A stretch of 64,000 nt of DNA. Origin: Rhodothermales bacterium. GTDB lineage: Bacteria; Bacteroidota; Rhodothermia; Rhodothermales; VXPQ01. Location of the stretch: contig JBBDTI010000075.1 of NCBI GenBank assembly GCA_040904565.1, forward strand, positions 1-64,000. Reading direction: 5' to 3'. The translations under genes and the position numbers were made by a program. This document shows, piece after piece, positions 30,810 through 40,626 of this stretch; within the stretch, counting starts at the first letter, position 1; each line of letters starts with the position of its first letter. A model generated the notes under the pieces. It was not told the origin of the DNA. It worked only from the letters and a program-made list of their open reading frames with translations, and searched no databases.

Positions 30810-33107
30810 CTACGGGCGCGCCAGCACGACGGGCCGCAACGTTTTCTCAGTACTTCCGTTCGACGCATCGATGGCCTCGACGACCGCGATATAGATCCCC
30901 GATCGCAGATGCCGGCCGTCATCGTCGCGCCCATCCCAAATGTAGGACGCCGAGCCGCTGACCAGTTGGGCCGGGGCGAGATGTCGGACGACGAGGCCGG
31001 TCAGGTCGAAGAGGCGTACGCGCACCCGGACCGAGTGTCTCCCCGGGCTGACGTAGGTGAACTGGACGGCGTCTTCGTGACCGTCCCGATCCGGAGAGAA
31101 GGGATTTGGTTCGGCGGCAAGCCGTGCCGTTCCGGTCGGGGCGCGTGCTGAGACGTTGACGGAGTTTGGTGCTCCCGGCGTGCCTCCGTGTGGGTCTACG
31201 GAACTCGACCAGTTCGAGGGATCGTTGCTTGAGACGTTCGACGCGATCCGTTCCAGTGACACGCCGCGACGTTCCAGAAGGTCGGGGTGGTGCCACGACG
31301 GTTCGTACCGGACTTCATCGAGCACGTCGCCCAGGTCGTTGTGCAGGCGAATGACGTCTCCGTCGTTCCGCAGGGACAAGGATCCGATGGGAAGGGCTTC
31401 GAGTCCGACGGGAAGGGGCGGGTTCGCGAGGACCCGAATCTTGCCCGGATCGAGCGCGACGTGTGTGGCCGGCATCCAGGTAGTGTCCGCATCCCCGCGT
31501 TCGTTCGGTTCGCGCGTGCGAAAGAGTCCGTCGAGAAAGACGCGGCGCGTAGATCGGTTCAGCACCTCGATATACTCCGTCTGATCCGGTACGCCGTCCC
31601 GTTCGTCGGCGCTCGGCTCGTACATGATCTCATTGATGACGACGTCCAGTTGCAGCGGACGATACGAGACGGGTGCCGACGTTGATGTGGATGTATTCCC
31701 CCGTAGATCGGTCGCACCGGCGACCGTCACGCTTCGACCGGAATAATCGTGGTCGATCTCGACGCGAAGGTGGTTGGCGGACGTGGATGCCGTCGAGAGC
31801 CCCCTTGCAGTGCCTACCTTTACGGCCTCCGGACTGAGGGCATCTCTGCGAATCGGCTCGTCGAAGAAGAGATCGAGTGCACGCCGGTTCACCTGCATCG
31901 CGTATCGTAGTTCGGGGCCGCGGCGATCGGGCGCGTACCGGGTGTTCCGTCGTCCGGGCGTTGCCCCGAACGGGTCGTCGGACGGAGCGAAATTGAAGGT
32001 GTCTGACGGTGCGTCGGGGTCGATCCGTTCGAGCGAGCGGCCCGCACGTCCCGCTTCTGCCGTGTACGACATGGAGTCGATAACGACGCCGGCCGCTTCG
32101 AGAACGACGCGGTCGCCCGCGTTATTGAGGCTGGGCCATGGTGAAACGGCCAGAAACGGCACGGTACGAAACTGATCGCTGAACGCGTCGGCATCCTGCA
32201 CGAGAACCGCATACGCGCCCGGTGGAAGGTCGATCTGCGCGTCGGCCAGCTGAGAGGGGGAGGCCGTCGCGTCGCGCAGCGTCAGTACGTCCAGAGCCAC
32301 GGACCTACCGCTCCGATTGTAGAGCTCGATGAACTCGGATCCGGTCGGAGGAGGTGCGAACTGGATCTCGTTCAGTACGACGTCACCGTGCTGCGGGGGT
32401 GAACGTGGCGGCGGGGGCTCGGGAGCAACGACGGGACTCGAAACGAAGCGGTCGAAGACGAAGGAAGAGCGTCCGGCGGGCGTATGTTTAATCCACACGG
32501 CCATAAACGCGCATTCCGTATGAACTCCGTCTTCCGCCGTGAATGCGGTCGTACCGTTCACGTCGACGTCCCATCGGCCGTCGAGGTAACGTCGAACCGT
32601 CAGGTTGACGCGGGACGAGTCGCCGGCAACACGTGCGTCCTCCGAACGCCCGAGCCGGATCCGTTTCGACCAGGTTCCGTCTACGCGCCAGAGTGAGACC
32701 GCATCCGTGTTGTTGGTTCCAAATTGAACGTAATACCCGGTCGGAGTCCGTCGTACGTCCGGTTCTCGCGCGCAAATGAAGACGCGGGCGCCGTTGAACG
32801 TGCTGAGATTGACGTCCCGGTGTGCGAAGAAGAACCCCCAGGTTCCATAGGCCGCCGCATGGGGGACGGCCAGCGCAAGGGTATCCGAAGCCGCCGTTCC
32901 GTTCGATGACAGCGCAGGATCGTCGCCCAGGTAAGTGATGGAAAATCTGGCCGTATCCCCGATCCACGCGGGATCACGATCGAAGTCACCGTCGCCGAAA
33001 TCGTCGACGATCCTGAGCTGGGAGGCTGCGGGCAAACCCAGGAGGGCCTGCAGGAAAAGCAGGGCCAGAACGAACACCACGCTGGTGGGTCTCTGGACGA
33101 GCCGCAC
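30810..33107 (-). CDS. Secreted protein with two lamin-tail domains and a C-terminal FlgD-Ig/T9SS-like domain
   Basis: Signal peptide. VVLNEIQF..EFIELYN and VVINEIMY..EYIEVLN; SLERI..GTPG; PNPFSPDRDG..WDGRDDDG..SGIYI. Confidence 0.8.
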   Translation of the reverse strand: MRLVQRPTSVVFVLALLFLQALLGLPAASQLRIVDDFGDGDFDRDPAWIGDTARFSITYLGDDPALSSNGTAASDTLALAVPHAAAYGTWGFFFAHRDVNLSTFNGARVFICAREPDVRRTPTGYYVQFGTNNTDAVSLWRVDGTWSKRIRLGRSEDARVAGDSSRVNLTVRRYLDGRWDVDVNGTTAFTAEDGVHTECAFMAVWIKHTPAGRSSFVFDRFVSSPVVAPEPPPPRSPPQHGDVVLNEIQFAPPPTGSEFIELYNRSGRSVALDVLTLRDATASPSQLADAQIDLPPGAYAVLVQDADAFSDQFRTVPFLAVSPWPSLNNAGDRVVLEAAGVVIDSMSYTAEAGRAGRSLERIDPDAPSDTFNFAPSDDPFGATPGRRNTRYAPDRRGPELRYAMQVNRRALDLFFDEPIRRDALSPEAVKVGTARGLSTASTSANHLRVEIDHDYSGRSVTVAGATDLRGNTSTSTSAPVSYRPLQLDVVINEIMYEPSADERDGVPDQTEYIEVLNRSTRRVFLDGLFRTREPNERGDADTTWMPATHVALDPGKIRVLANPPLPVGLEALPIGSLSLRNDGDVIRLHNDLGDVLDEVRYEPSWHHPDLLERRGVSLERIASNVSSNDPSNWSSSVDPHGGTPGAPNSVNVSARAPTGTARLAAEPNPFSPDRDGHEDAVQFTYVSPGRHSVRVRVRLFDLTGLVVRHLAPAQLVSGSASYIWDGRDDDGRHLRSGIYIAVVEAIDASNGSTEKTLRPVVLARP

Positions 33108-33234
33108 GTCATTGCGCCGCGAGGCGGGTTGTGGAAGGATAACTGTTACCCCTTAGACCCGCGTGCTACGCAAACGTGACCCTACGCATCTCCCCGACAC
33201 GTGACCGTACGCACCACAGGGAAGAAGCGTGGCC

Positions 33235-34485
33235 TTATGTGGTCAGTATGCCGGCGTCGAGGTGTTCCAGCAGGGTCCGGGAAAGGAGCGCCGCCGTTGC
33301 CGCGAGGGCTCGTTCGTCGATATCGAAGTGTGCGTCGTGCAGCGGATAGGCGCTCTCGGGAGAGGAATACGTTCCGACGCGAAGCAGCAGGCCGGGAACG
33401 TGCTCGAGATAATGCGCGAAATCCTCAGAGCCCATGCTCGGCCGAGGTATGTGAAAGACGGCCCGATCACCGGCGTAGGAGCGGACGGTACGTTCGACGT
33501 GCTTCACGAGGCGGGGGTCGTTGTTGACGGGAGGGGCGCCGCCATGTATGTCGATCTCCGCAACGGCCCCGTGGATCGTTGCCAGGTCGTTCGTCAGCCG
33601 GCGAATGTGATGTATGATGGCCTTTCGGTCTTCCAGATTGGTCGTCCGGAGCGTACCTCCGAATTCCACTTCGTCCGGAATGACGTTGAATGCGTGGCCG
33701 GCGTGGAACCGGCAGATCGTGAGCACGGACGGATTGCGGGCGTCCGTTACCCTGCCGATCAACTGGTAGAGCGTGTTGGCGATTTCCGTCGCTACCCAGA
33801 TGGTATCGACGGACTCGTGAGGACGCGCGGAATGGCCCGTGCTTGGAGCCTTAATTCGCACGTTGAACTGGTCTGTAGCCGCCGTGATGGGCCCCGCGAG
33901 CAGTCCGTATTTGCCCACTTCAAGCGTAGGATCGACGTGGATGGCGTAGACGCTCTGGACGTCCTCCAGCACACCTGCATCGATCATCGAGCTGGCGCCC
34001 CCGGGCATCCCTTCCTCGTTAGGCTGAAAGAATACGCGGACCGCCCCCTTCAGGCGCTCTTTGTTCTGGTGGAGGATGAGCGCAATCGCGACGGCGATGG
34101 CCGAATGCGCGTCGTGTCCGCAAAGGTGGGCAACGCCCGTATTCTTCGAGGCGTAATCCGTCGACTTGGCGTCCTGTGTAGGCAGAGCGTCTATATCCGC
34201 GCGATAGGCCACGAGCGGGCCGTCCTGACGGCCGACGATGTCGACCCAGAGTCCGGTCTCCGCGACGGGGCCGTGGACGTCGAGTCCGTGACGGGTGAGA
34301 AGGTTTCGAAGAAAGGCGCTCGTGGCATGTTCCTCAAATCCGAGCTCCGGATGGCGGTGCATATGCCTGCGTACCTCCCGGACGAACGATAACAGTGCAG
34401 CCGGGAGCGCGGACGGATCTGACAGCGCATCTACCACGAGGTCGAGGTTGGCAATGTCGGGGATGTCCGCCTGGAGGGGAGTCAT
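33235..34485 (-). CDS. M20D family amidohydrolase
   Basis: RRHMHRHPELGFEE, RADIDALP, HLCGHDAH, FQPNEE, GSEDF, LH...FDIDE. Confidence 0.92.
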   Translation of the reverse strand: MTPLQADIPDIANLDLVVDALSDPSALPAALLSFVREVRRHMHRHPELGFEEHATSAFLRNLLTRHGLDVHGPVAETGLWVDIVGRQDGPLVAYRADIDALPTQDAKSTDYASKNTGVAHLCGHDAHSAIAVAIALILHQNKERLKGAVRVFFQPNEEGMPGGASSMIDAGVLEDVQSVYAIHVDPTLEVGKYGLLAGPITAATDQFNVRIKAPSTGHSARPHESVDTIWVATEIANTLYQLIGRVTDARNPSVLTICRFHAGHAFNVIPDEVEFGGTLRTTNLEDRKAIIHHIRRLTNDLATIHGAVAEIDIHGGAPPVNNDPRLVKHVERTVRSYAGDRAVFHIPRPSMGSEDFAHYLEHVPGLLLRVGTYSSPESAYPLHDAHFDIDERALAATAALLSRTLLEHLDAGILTT

Positions 34486-34652
34486 AAGCGGGGATGGGCC
34501 TTCAGAGGCCGCATCGTATGGTTCGAAGTGCAGGTAATGGTGACGGCGTAAGCGTGGGGATGCTACGAGTATGATTCATCCGAAAGATTCTACCCATCTC
34601 CGGGGCACCTGTTTTTCAAGACACTGTGAAGGGATCCTGCGGCGCGGTCAGG

Positions 34653-35438
34653 CTACGTGTCCGGTTGACCGGTCGGAAAGAGCTGGTGAAAGCGCGCGAC
34701 CATGCGATGGGCTTCCTTCCGGATCGACGCTTGCTCTCGCTCGGAATCGGCGAAGGTCTCGAGGATGCGTTGCAGCTGATGGTCGAAGTCCGCCTCGTCC
34801 GACGTGGCGAGATCCCAGTAGGCCTGAGCTCGCTCGATGCGATCTTCGACGAGATTCGGTTGATCTGCAATGGTGGGGTCGTCCAGCAGGGGACGTGCGA
34901 ACGTCGCCAGTGCCTCCGGAAGTTCGAGGTCATCCGGGCCGTACGTCACGCGGTGCCTGCTCGGAAGGGGTTGCCGCCCCTGATATTCGTCCAGCAACAT
35001 ATCGAAGGTGGGGAGGGCGTACCCGGGTGTTTCCAGCGCTGCCCGGCGTTCGTCGGGGCTAAAGGACGTCCAGTGTTCTTCGAGCAGACTGAGCAGCACG
35101 AGCAGGTTGCTTCGCTCCTCGTCACCGGCACCGGGCCCCAGCAGGGCGTCTTCCAGTTTGGGAAGCAGGCTGAGGTGTTCCTCATCGCCCAGCTCCATGA
35201 ATGCCCAGAGCAGGCGCGCGGTGTCGAGCACGGCCACCATGGTGGCAAGCTCGTCCCGGTCTCTGGACAATGCGTCCGTTCGATCGTCCGCACGCCAATC
35301 CACGTCATACAGGTCGAACAAGGGGCCGGCAAAGCGCATGAGTGCGTCAAAACGTATTCCGGACCGTCCGCTCAGATATACGTCGAGGGCCTCCCGAAGC
35401 ACGTTGATGCGTTGTTCTCGGTTTCGGTTACTGCTCAT
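34653..35438 (-). CDS. Hypothetical helical protein with an internal duplication
   Basis: 261-aa ORF, co-oriented with and tightly spaced between its neighbours. Two copies of AL..FA.PL.D...A...W. Confidence 0.75.
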   Translation of the reverse strand: MSSNRNREQRINVLREALDVYLSGRSGIRFDALMRFAGPLFDLYDVDWRADDRTDALSRDRDELATMVAVLDTARLLWAFMELGDEEHLSLLPKLEDALLGPGAGDEERSNLLVLLSLLEEHWTSFSPDERRAALETPGYALPTFDMLLDEYQGRQPLPSRHRVTYGPDDLELPEALATFARPLLDDPTIADQPNLVEDRIERAQAYWDLATSDEADFDHQLQRILETFADSEREQASIRKEAHRMVARFHQLFPTGQPDT

Positions 35439-35453
35439 GTCGTCCGTCGTGCG

Positions 35454-37616
35454 TCAAACCATGCCGCTACGCTTGCGAATAAACCACTCAGCGGTCAATA
35501 GAAGCACGATAAGCGCCAGAAAGATGTGATGCCGTCTCAAATCCATCTCAGCTTCGCGCTCGACGATAAGCGAGGCCAGGTTCGCCGTGGAGGAAAGCAC
35601 TGAGGACATGGCGTCCGGATTGGAAAGATCGAGGACGTCACCACCCGAGCGACGGGCAATCTGTTGCATGATAGGGGCGTTTGCCCTCGTTTCCTTAAAC
35701 TCGAGGGTAAGCGACCCGACCGCAAAACCGCCCGCGTCAGCCCCGAGCGTGTCTCCCTCCCGGATCGCTTCCGCTTCGAACCGGTAGGTCCCTTCGGGGA
35801 ATGTCCCGGCGTCGAGCGTATATCGCCCGTTGCCGATCGGATTCAGCACGTACGGGTTGACGGTACCATCCGGTGCCGTAACGTTGACTTCGACGGATGC
35901 ATCGTCGACCGGATTCAGGCTTTCGTCGTACACCTGGCCGGATATCTGCACCGGTTCGTCGCCCGCAAACACGTCACGTGAGGGCACCACGCGGACGGGC
36001 CGGTCGTCTGCCCGCGCCGTGAGCCATTGTGCTGTGTTGGAGAAGAGGCTGGGCCAGAGGTGGTCGAGCTGTGAGAGATCTTCCGGCACATTACGCCACC
36101 GCCACGTGCCCGCACCCAGGAGGGCCGCACTCCGGTGCTGACTTCGGCGCCGTACGACGAGCATGGGATCATCCAGATCGATACCGCGAACGGAGGTCGT
36201 CGCGAGGATGTCAGCATCCGGCGAAGCAACCCATCGGGTCTGGCTGAACGCCAGCGGTGGAAAGCGCCGCCAGTTTTCCGGCGAGGCGTCCTCGATGTTC
36301 AAAATCGGGTGCGCCAACCCCGCGGAGGTGGGAACGAAGGCCGCTTCCATGAATCCGCCTCTCACCTGATCGGCACGAGCCGGGAGGACGTCCGCCAGAT
36401 AATCGTTAAGGAGCGCGATATCCGATCCGGTCGTGAGTAAATAGAATACAGGAATTCCCTCCTCTATCATGTCCGCCACCTGCGTCACGACGCCCGCATC
36501 GGCTTCACGGCCGGGATATCCAAGCAAAATAAGCAGGTCTACGTCGTCGACGCCGCCTGGAAAAGATCCTTCATAAAAGGAGGTGGCGTCTTTCTGGACG
36601 AAGGACGATACCTCGAACGTCGGATCGTCGAGAAGAAGTTGTCGGGTTGAAGCCACGTCGGGTCCAGGGCGACCGGCAACGAGGAGGGCGCGGCGCCTGC
36701 TTTCAAGCACGCGAACCGTCACGGTCTCCTGATTGTTGCGGTGCGTGACTTCTCCTGGCAGCTCGGTGACGGCAACCGTGTACCGTTGCAATCCTTCCGT
36801 TTCCGGTTCGACGGCGAGGTCGACGGTGACCTCGGATTCACCTTCAGGCAGCGTGATGCGTTCGGATGACTCGACGATGTCGTTTCGGAGCAGAGACACC
36901 GTTACGTCCTGTCCATCCAGACCTTCGCTGCGCACGCCGACCTGGACGGGCAGCACGGTACCCACATAGGCGATCTCGTTCGTCGTAACGCGCCGAATCT
37001 GGACGTCGACGTGGCGCGTCGTATCACCCAGCACGGCCGTGAAGATGGGGACGGGATATCGTTCCGCCGTATAAATCGGATTGCGTCCCGTGTTGTACTG
37101 TCCGTCCGAAACGAGAACGGCCGCACGATAATTTTCCTCGCGGAGGCGTTCCCGGACGTCTTCCAGCGCCTGCGAGATGTTCGTGCGATCTGCACTGAAA
37201 CGCAGGGAGTCGGGGAGCGTCCGCACGTCCGACTCAGCCTCCAGATTGGCTCCGAACCGGAAGAAACGGATGTCGGATTCGCTCAGTGTTTCCGGAAGAC
37301 GGCCCAGTACGTCTTCGATGACCGCGTGCAGGGAGGAGGACGATGAATCGACGGCCGCAGTGATACGGAGGCTCTCACTGTCGTCGAGAAGAACGGCCAC
37401 GACCGGACGCCGTTCTTCCCGGTCGATCGTGCGAAGCACGGGCTCGAGCAGCAGAAAGAGAATCAGGAAGAGCGCGGCGAAGCGAAGGAGGCCCAGGAGG
37501 ATCCGCCGCGACCGCGCGATCTCGGGCGTCGTCGTACGGTACAGCCAAAATGCCAGTCCGGCTGCTATGAAGGCGGACAGGACGAGCAGCCAGGGATTTA
37601 AGCCGAAGGATAGCAT
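35454..37616 (-). CDS. Membrane-anchored VWA-domain protein
   Basis: Two N-terminal TM helices, MIDAS-like VLLDDSES, LVSDGQ, Ig-like segments, C-terminal TM ending EWFIRKRSG. Confidence 0.82.
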   Translation of the reverse strand: MLSFGLNPWLLVLSAFIAAGLAFWLYRTTTPEIARSRRILLGLLRFAALFLILFLLLEPVLRTIDREERRPVVAVLLDDSESLRITAAVDSSSSSLHAVIEDVLGRLPETLSESDIRFFRFGANLEAESDVRTLPDSLRFSADRTNISQALEDVRERLREENYRAAVLVSDGQYNTGRNPIYTAERYPVPIFTAVLGDTTRHVDVQIRRVTTNEIAYVGTVLPVQVGVRSEGLDGQDVTVSLLRNDIVESSERITLPEGESEVTVDLAVEPETEGLQRYTVAVTELPGEVTHRNNQETVTVRVLESRRRALLVAGRPGPDVASTRQLLLDDPTFEVSSFVQKDATSFYEGSFPGGVDDVDLLILLGYPGREADAGVVTQVADMIEEGIPVFYLLTTGSDIALLNDYLADVLPARADQVRGGFMEAAFVPTSAGLAHPILNIEDASPENWRRFPPLAFSQTRWVASPDADILATTSVRGIDLDDPMLVVRRRSQHRSAALLGAGTWRWRNVPEDLSQLDHLWPSLFSNTAQWLTARADDRPVRVVPSRDVFAGDEPVQISGQVYDESLNPVDDASVEVNVTAPDGTVNPYVLNPIGNGRYTLDAGTFPEGTYRFEAEAIREGDTLGADAGGFAVGSLTLEFKETRANAPIMQQIARRSGGDVLDLSNPDAMSSVLSSTANLASLIVEREAEMDLRRHHIFLALIVLLLTAEWFIRKRSGMV

Positions 37617-37657
37617 GAAGGCAACGAAATGATAGGCTAGGTTTCCCGCTGCATCTC

Positions 37658-37747
37658 GCAGCTAACGTCGTTCAGCTGACAGCGTGCAGCTAACATGGTG
37701 CAGCGAACAACGCGCGGCCAACGTCGTGCAGCTAACGATGTGCAGCG
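37658..37747. repeat. Intergenic array of six 14-bp units plus a partial seventh; consensus GCAGCTAACnnnGT
   Basis: gcagctaacgtcgt tcagctgacagcgt gcagctaacatggt gcagcgaacaacgc gcggccaacgtcgt gcagctaacgatgt gcagcg. Confidence 0.9.
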
Positions 37748-37753
37748 TGCGGG

Positions 37754-39484
37754 TCAGCGCACGACGACGAATCGCGCCGCCGTCCTCCGCCGCTCGGTCG
37801 TATACACGGCGAGGTATATGCCCGAAGCAAGGTGCCGGGACGGAACGCGGAGCGTCGTCGAGCCCGCCGCCGTACCCCGTACGTCGACGCGGATGCGTCG
37901 TCCGAGTGCGTCGAAGATCTCGAGCCTTCCGGCGGTCATTGCGTCGGTCTTTATATGGATGAATACCTGATCGGTTGCCGGATTGGGATACGTCTCTATG
38001 GACAGCCCATCGTGCTCTTCCACTACGCCGGACGCGGCGTCGACAGCCGCAGATGCATTCACGATGCCCCAGCCGAGCGCATTGTCCGGCTGCGTACCGC
38101 GACTTGCCGTCACACGAAGGATGTCACGGACCTGTAGGGGACTGAGCGTCGGGTTAACCTGTAGCATCTGGCAGACGACGGCACTTACGAGCGGGGCAGC
38201 GAAGGACGTACCGTTTGAGAAGCCGTAGCCCCCAGGTTCCGCTATGTAGACCCCTGTTCCCAGCGCGGCGACGTCGGGTTTGGTACGGCCGTCCGCCGTC
38301 GGGCCGAACGAGCTGAAGGAGGATCGCGAGGAGTCGGCGTTTACGGCACCCACAGCGATCACAAAATCTCCGTCTGCCGGCGTACTTACATAGTACCAGC
38401 ACCGGCTCGGCGAGGAACATCCGGAATTCCCAGCGCTGGTGACGACCACTACGCCGAGTTCGACCGCGCGATCGGCAGCCAGCGTAGTTACGGCCGTCTC
38501 TCCATCGAGGTCTTCCCGGGAATAGTTGCGCTCGCCGGGATCGAACGTCGTATAACCGAGCGACACATTGACCACGTCGACGCCCATCGACTCGAGCCAT
38601 TCGAGTCCGGCCACGAAATAGTCCTCTTCGCGATTGGTTTCGGTCGGACCATATTCGGTGATGGCGCCGAGAACCTCGGCGCCGTGGGCGGGGCCGATGA
38701 GCCGCCCGGGATCGTATCCGACGGCCACCGATGCCACGCTCAGTCCGTGAGTAAAGGCAGGCTGCGGCGATCCAACGAAGTCACGCACGTCCACCAGGCG
38801 TCCTTCCGTGGTGAGGCGCTCGAAGGCTGGATGGTCGAATCCACCAAACGGTGTATCCAGGAATCCCAGGCGCACACCCGTACCATCGATTCCCCGTTCC
38901 AGGGGAGCGATGGCCCGAATGAGGTCGAGCTGTAGGCGTGAGGGACCGTAGTCAAGGTCTCCCACCTTGAATGCGGGCCCAGCGTCTGACGGCGGCGGAT
39001 GGACTGGAGGAAGCAGCGCTACCGGCCGGACCGAACGCACGAAGCCTATCTTCTCGACGCGATCGACCTGGTCCCGAGTCAACCGTGCGCTCACGGCATT
39101 GAGCCACCGGCTCTGGACGATCGGCTCGATGCCCATCTGCCGTAGCCGCTCCGTGTAGGAGGGGGCGACCTCGAGGTTGAGACCGGCGGTATCAGACTGA
39201 CCGCGGACCCGGCGGCGCCGCAGCGCGCGGTCGGACGCCCCGGATGCGTGCGCGTCCGGCTTCCCATCCAAAAAAATCCAGTGTTTCTCGGCGTTGTGAT
39301 CGGCGTCGTGCGGTACATCCCGTATCGGGGGCCGAACGGCTTTCTGCGTGGCCGCTCGAATGGTCACCTGTGGAAATGCCGTGCGAGCCTGCGCTTCACC
39401 AGTGAGCGGCGATAAGGAGGTTATCGCCGAAAGCCCTCCAGCGAGCAGGCAGATAGCGATGCACGTGCGTGCGATTGGATTCAT
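37754..39484 (-). CDS. S8 subtilisin-like serine peptidase with T9SS C-terminal domain
   Basis: Triad motifs FLDT, THGLSV, GTSFAAP; SAGN oxyanion motif; C-terminal YPNPAT..IFDALGR..LASGIY. Start placed at MNPIART. Confidence 0.9.
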   Translation of the reverse strand: MNPIARTCIAICLLAGGLSAITSLSPLTGEAQARTAFPQVTIRAATQKAVRPPIRDVPHDADHNAEKHWIFLDGKPDAHASGASDRALRRRRVRGQSDTAGLNLEVAPSYTERLRQMGIEPIVQSRWLNAVSARLTRDQVDRVEKIGFVRSVRPVALLPPVHPPPSDAGPAFKVGDLDYGPSRLQLDLIRAIAPLERGIDGTGVRLGFLDTPFGGFDHPAFERLTTEGRLVDVRDFVGSPQPAFTHGLSVASVAVGYDPGRLIGPAHGAEVLGAITEYGPTETNREEDYFVAGLEWLESMGVDVVNVSLGYTTFDPGERNYSREDLDGETAVTTLAADRAVELGVVVVTSAGNSGCSSPSRCWYYVSTPADGDFVIAVGAVNADSSRSSFSSFGPTADGRTKPDVAALGTGVYIAEPGGYGFSNGTSFAAPLVSAVVCQMLQVNPTLSPLQVRDILRVTASRGTQPDNALGWGIVNASAAVDAASGVVEEHDGLSIETYPNPATDQVFIHIKTDAMTAGRLEIFDALGRRIRVDVRGTAAGSTTLRVPSRHLASGIYLAVYTTERRRTAARFVVVR

Positions 39485-39602
39485 GCTGTAGGCGGCTTTT
39501 GGCCGGGAGCGAGTGACGTCAGCGAACCGTTGTACCGCCTGTGCTCGGCTTCGACGTGAGGGCGGGCTCGATCGCGAGCCGGTATGGGGTTGATGTCTTC
39601 GA

Positions 39603-40562
39603 CTACAGGTATGGCAAGGCAAGATACAGCATGTAGGCACTGAATCCGGCCATCAGCACGCCCCCCTCGACGCGCGTAATGGTGAACTTCGTCCACGCCA
39701 TCGGGAACAGAACGAGACCCACTCCCAGCATCACCGGGAAATGAATCTTGAGCGACGTGGCGTCTACGTGCAGCGGCTGGTACAGGCTGACGAATCCCAC
39801 GACGAACAACACGTTGAGCATGTTGCTGCCGAGAACGTTGCCTACGGAGATGTCTGCCTCCTGCTTCAGTGCAGAGACGACCGACGCTGCGAGCTCCGGC
39901 AGGCTCGTTCCGATGGCAACGACCGTCAGGCCGATGACGACCGGGTCGATTCCCAGGAACTGGGCCACGTTCACGGCCGCGTAGACCATCAGACGGGCAC
40001 CGCCGGCGAGCACGACGATCCCGAAAACGACCAGGGCCGCCTTTTTCCAGAAGGGAGACTCGACATCCTCCGGACGAACGGCCGAGGTTTCGACAGGCAT
40101 CGGGGGGGGCTTGTGACGTTTTGCGTCGATAATGAGGTAAAGGAGAAAGGCCGCCAGGCCGGCGACGAGCAGGAGTCCGTCGGCCCGTCCGATCACCCCA
40201 TCGAGTGCCAGCGCGTAGAAGAGAAAGAGCACCGCCATCATGATGGGATACTCCTTCTTGAGCGTGGCGGGGGAGACGGCCAGCGGCAAAATGAGGGCCG
40301 TCGTTCCCAGGATGAGGGCAATATTGCAGATATTGGATCCCACGATATTGCCGAGCGCGAGACTTTCCTCTCCGGTCAGCGCTGCGAAGAAATTGACGAC
40401 GAATTCCGGCATCGACGTGCCCAGCGCGACGACGGTTAGACCAACGATCAGCGGCCGGATGCCGTACTGAAGGGCGATGCTAGCCGCACCCTTGATGAGC
40501 CATTCCGCGCCGAAATAAAGCAGCAGGAGTCCGACGACAAAGAGAAAAGCCTGCAGGAGCAT
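39603..40562 (-). CDS. Calcium/sodium antiporter (CaCA, YrbG-like)
   Basis: Two alpha repeats: GTSMPE..GNIVGSNICNI and GTSLPE..GNVLGSNMLN. Confidence 0.94.
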   Translation of the reverse strand: MLLQAFLFVVGLLLLYFGAEWLIKGAASIALQYGIRPLIVGLTVVALGTSMPEFVVNFFAALTGEESLALGNIVGSNICNIALILGTTALILPLAVSPATLKKEYPIMMAVLFLFYALALDGVIGRADGLLLVAGLAAFLLYLIIDAKRHKPPPMPVETSAVRPEDVESPFWKKAALVVFGIVVLAGGARLMVYAAVNVAQFLGIDPVVIGLTVVAIGTSLPELAASVVSALKQEADISVGNVLGSNMLNVLFVVGFVSLYQPLHVDATSLKIHFPVMLGVGLVLFPMAWTKFTITRVEGGVLMAGFSAYMLYLALPYL

Positions 40563-40626
40563 ATTGGGGTTATACGGTGGAGGTCACGTACATACGTAAT
40601 GTAGCTAAGGTAGTGCATGAAGCGTG

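Noticed and set aside
37658-37747. 14-bp array as a CRISPR array
   Set aside because: Units and variable cores are far too short, and no cas genes are in the window. Kept as a repeat.
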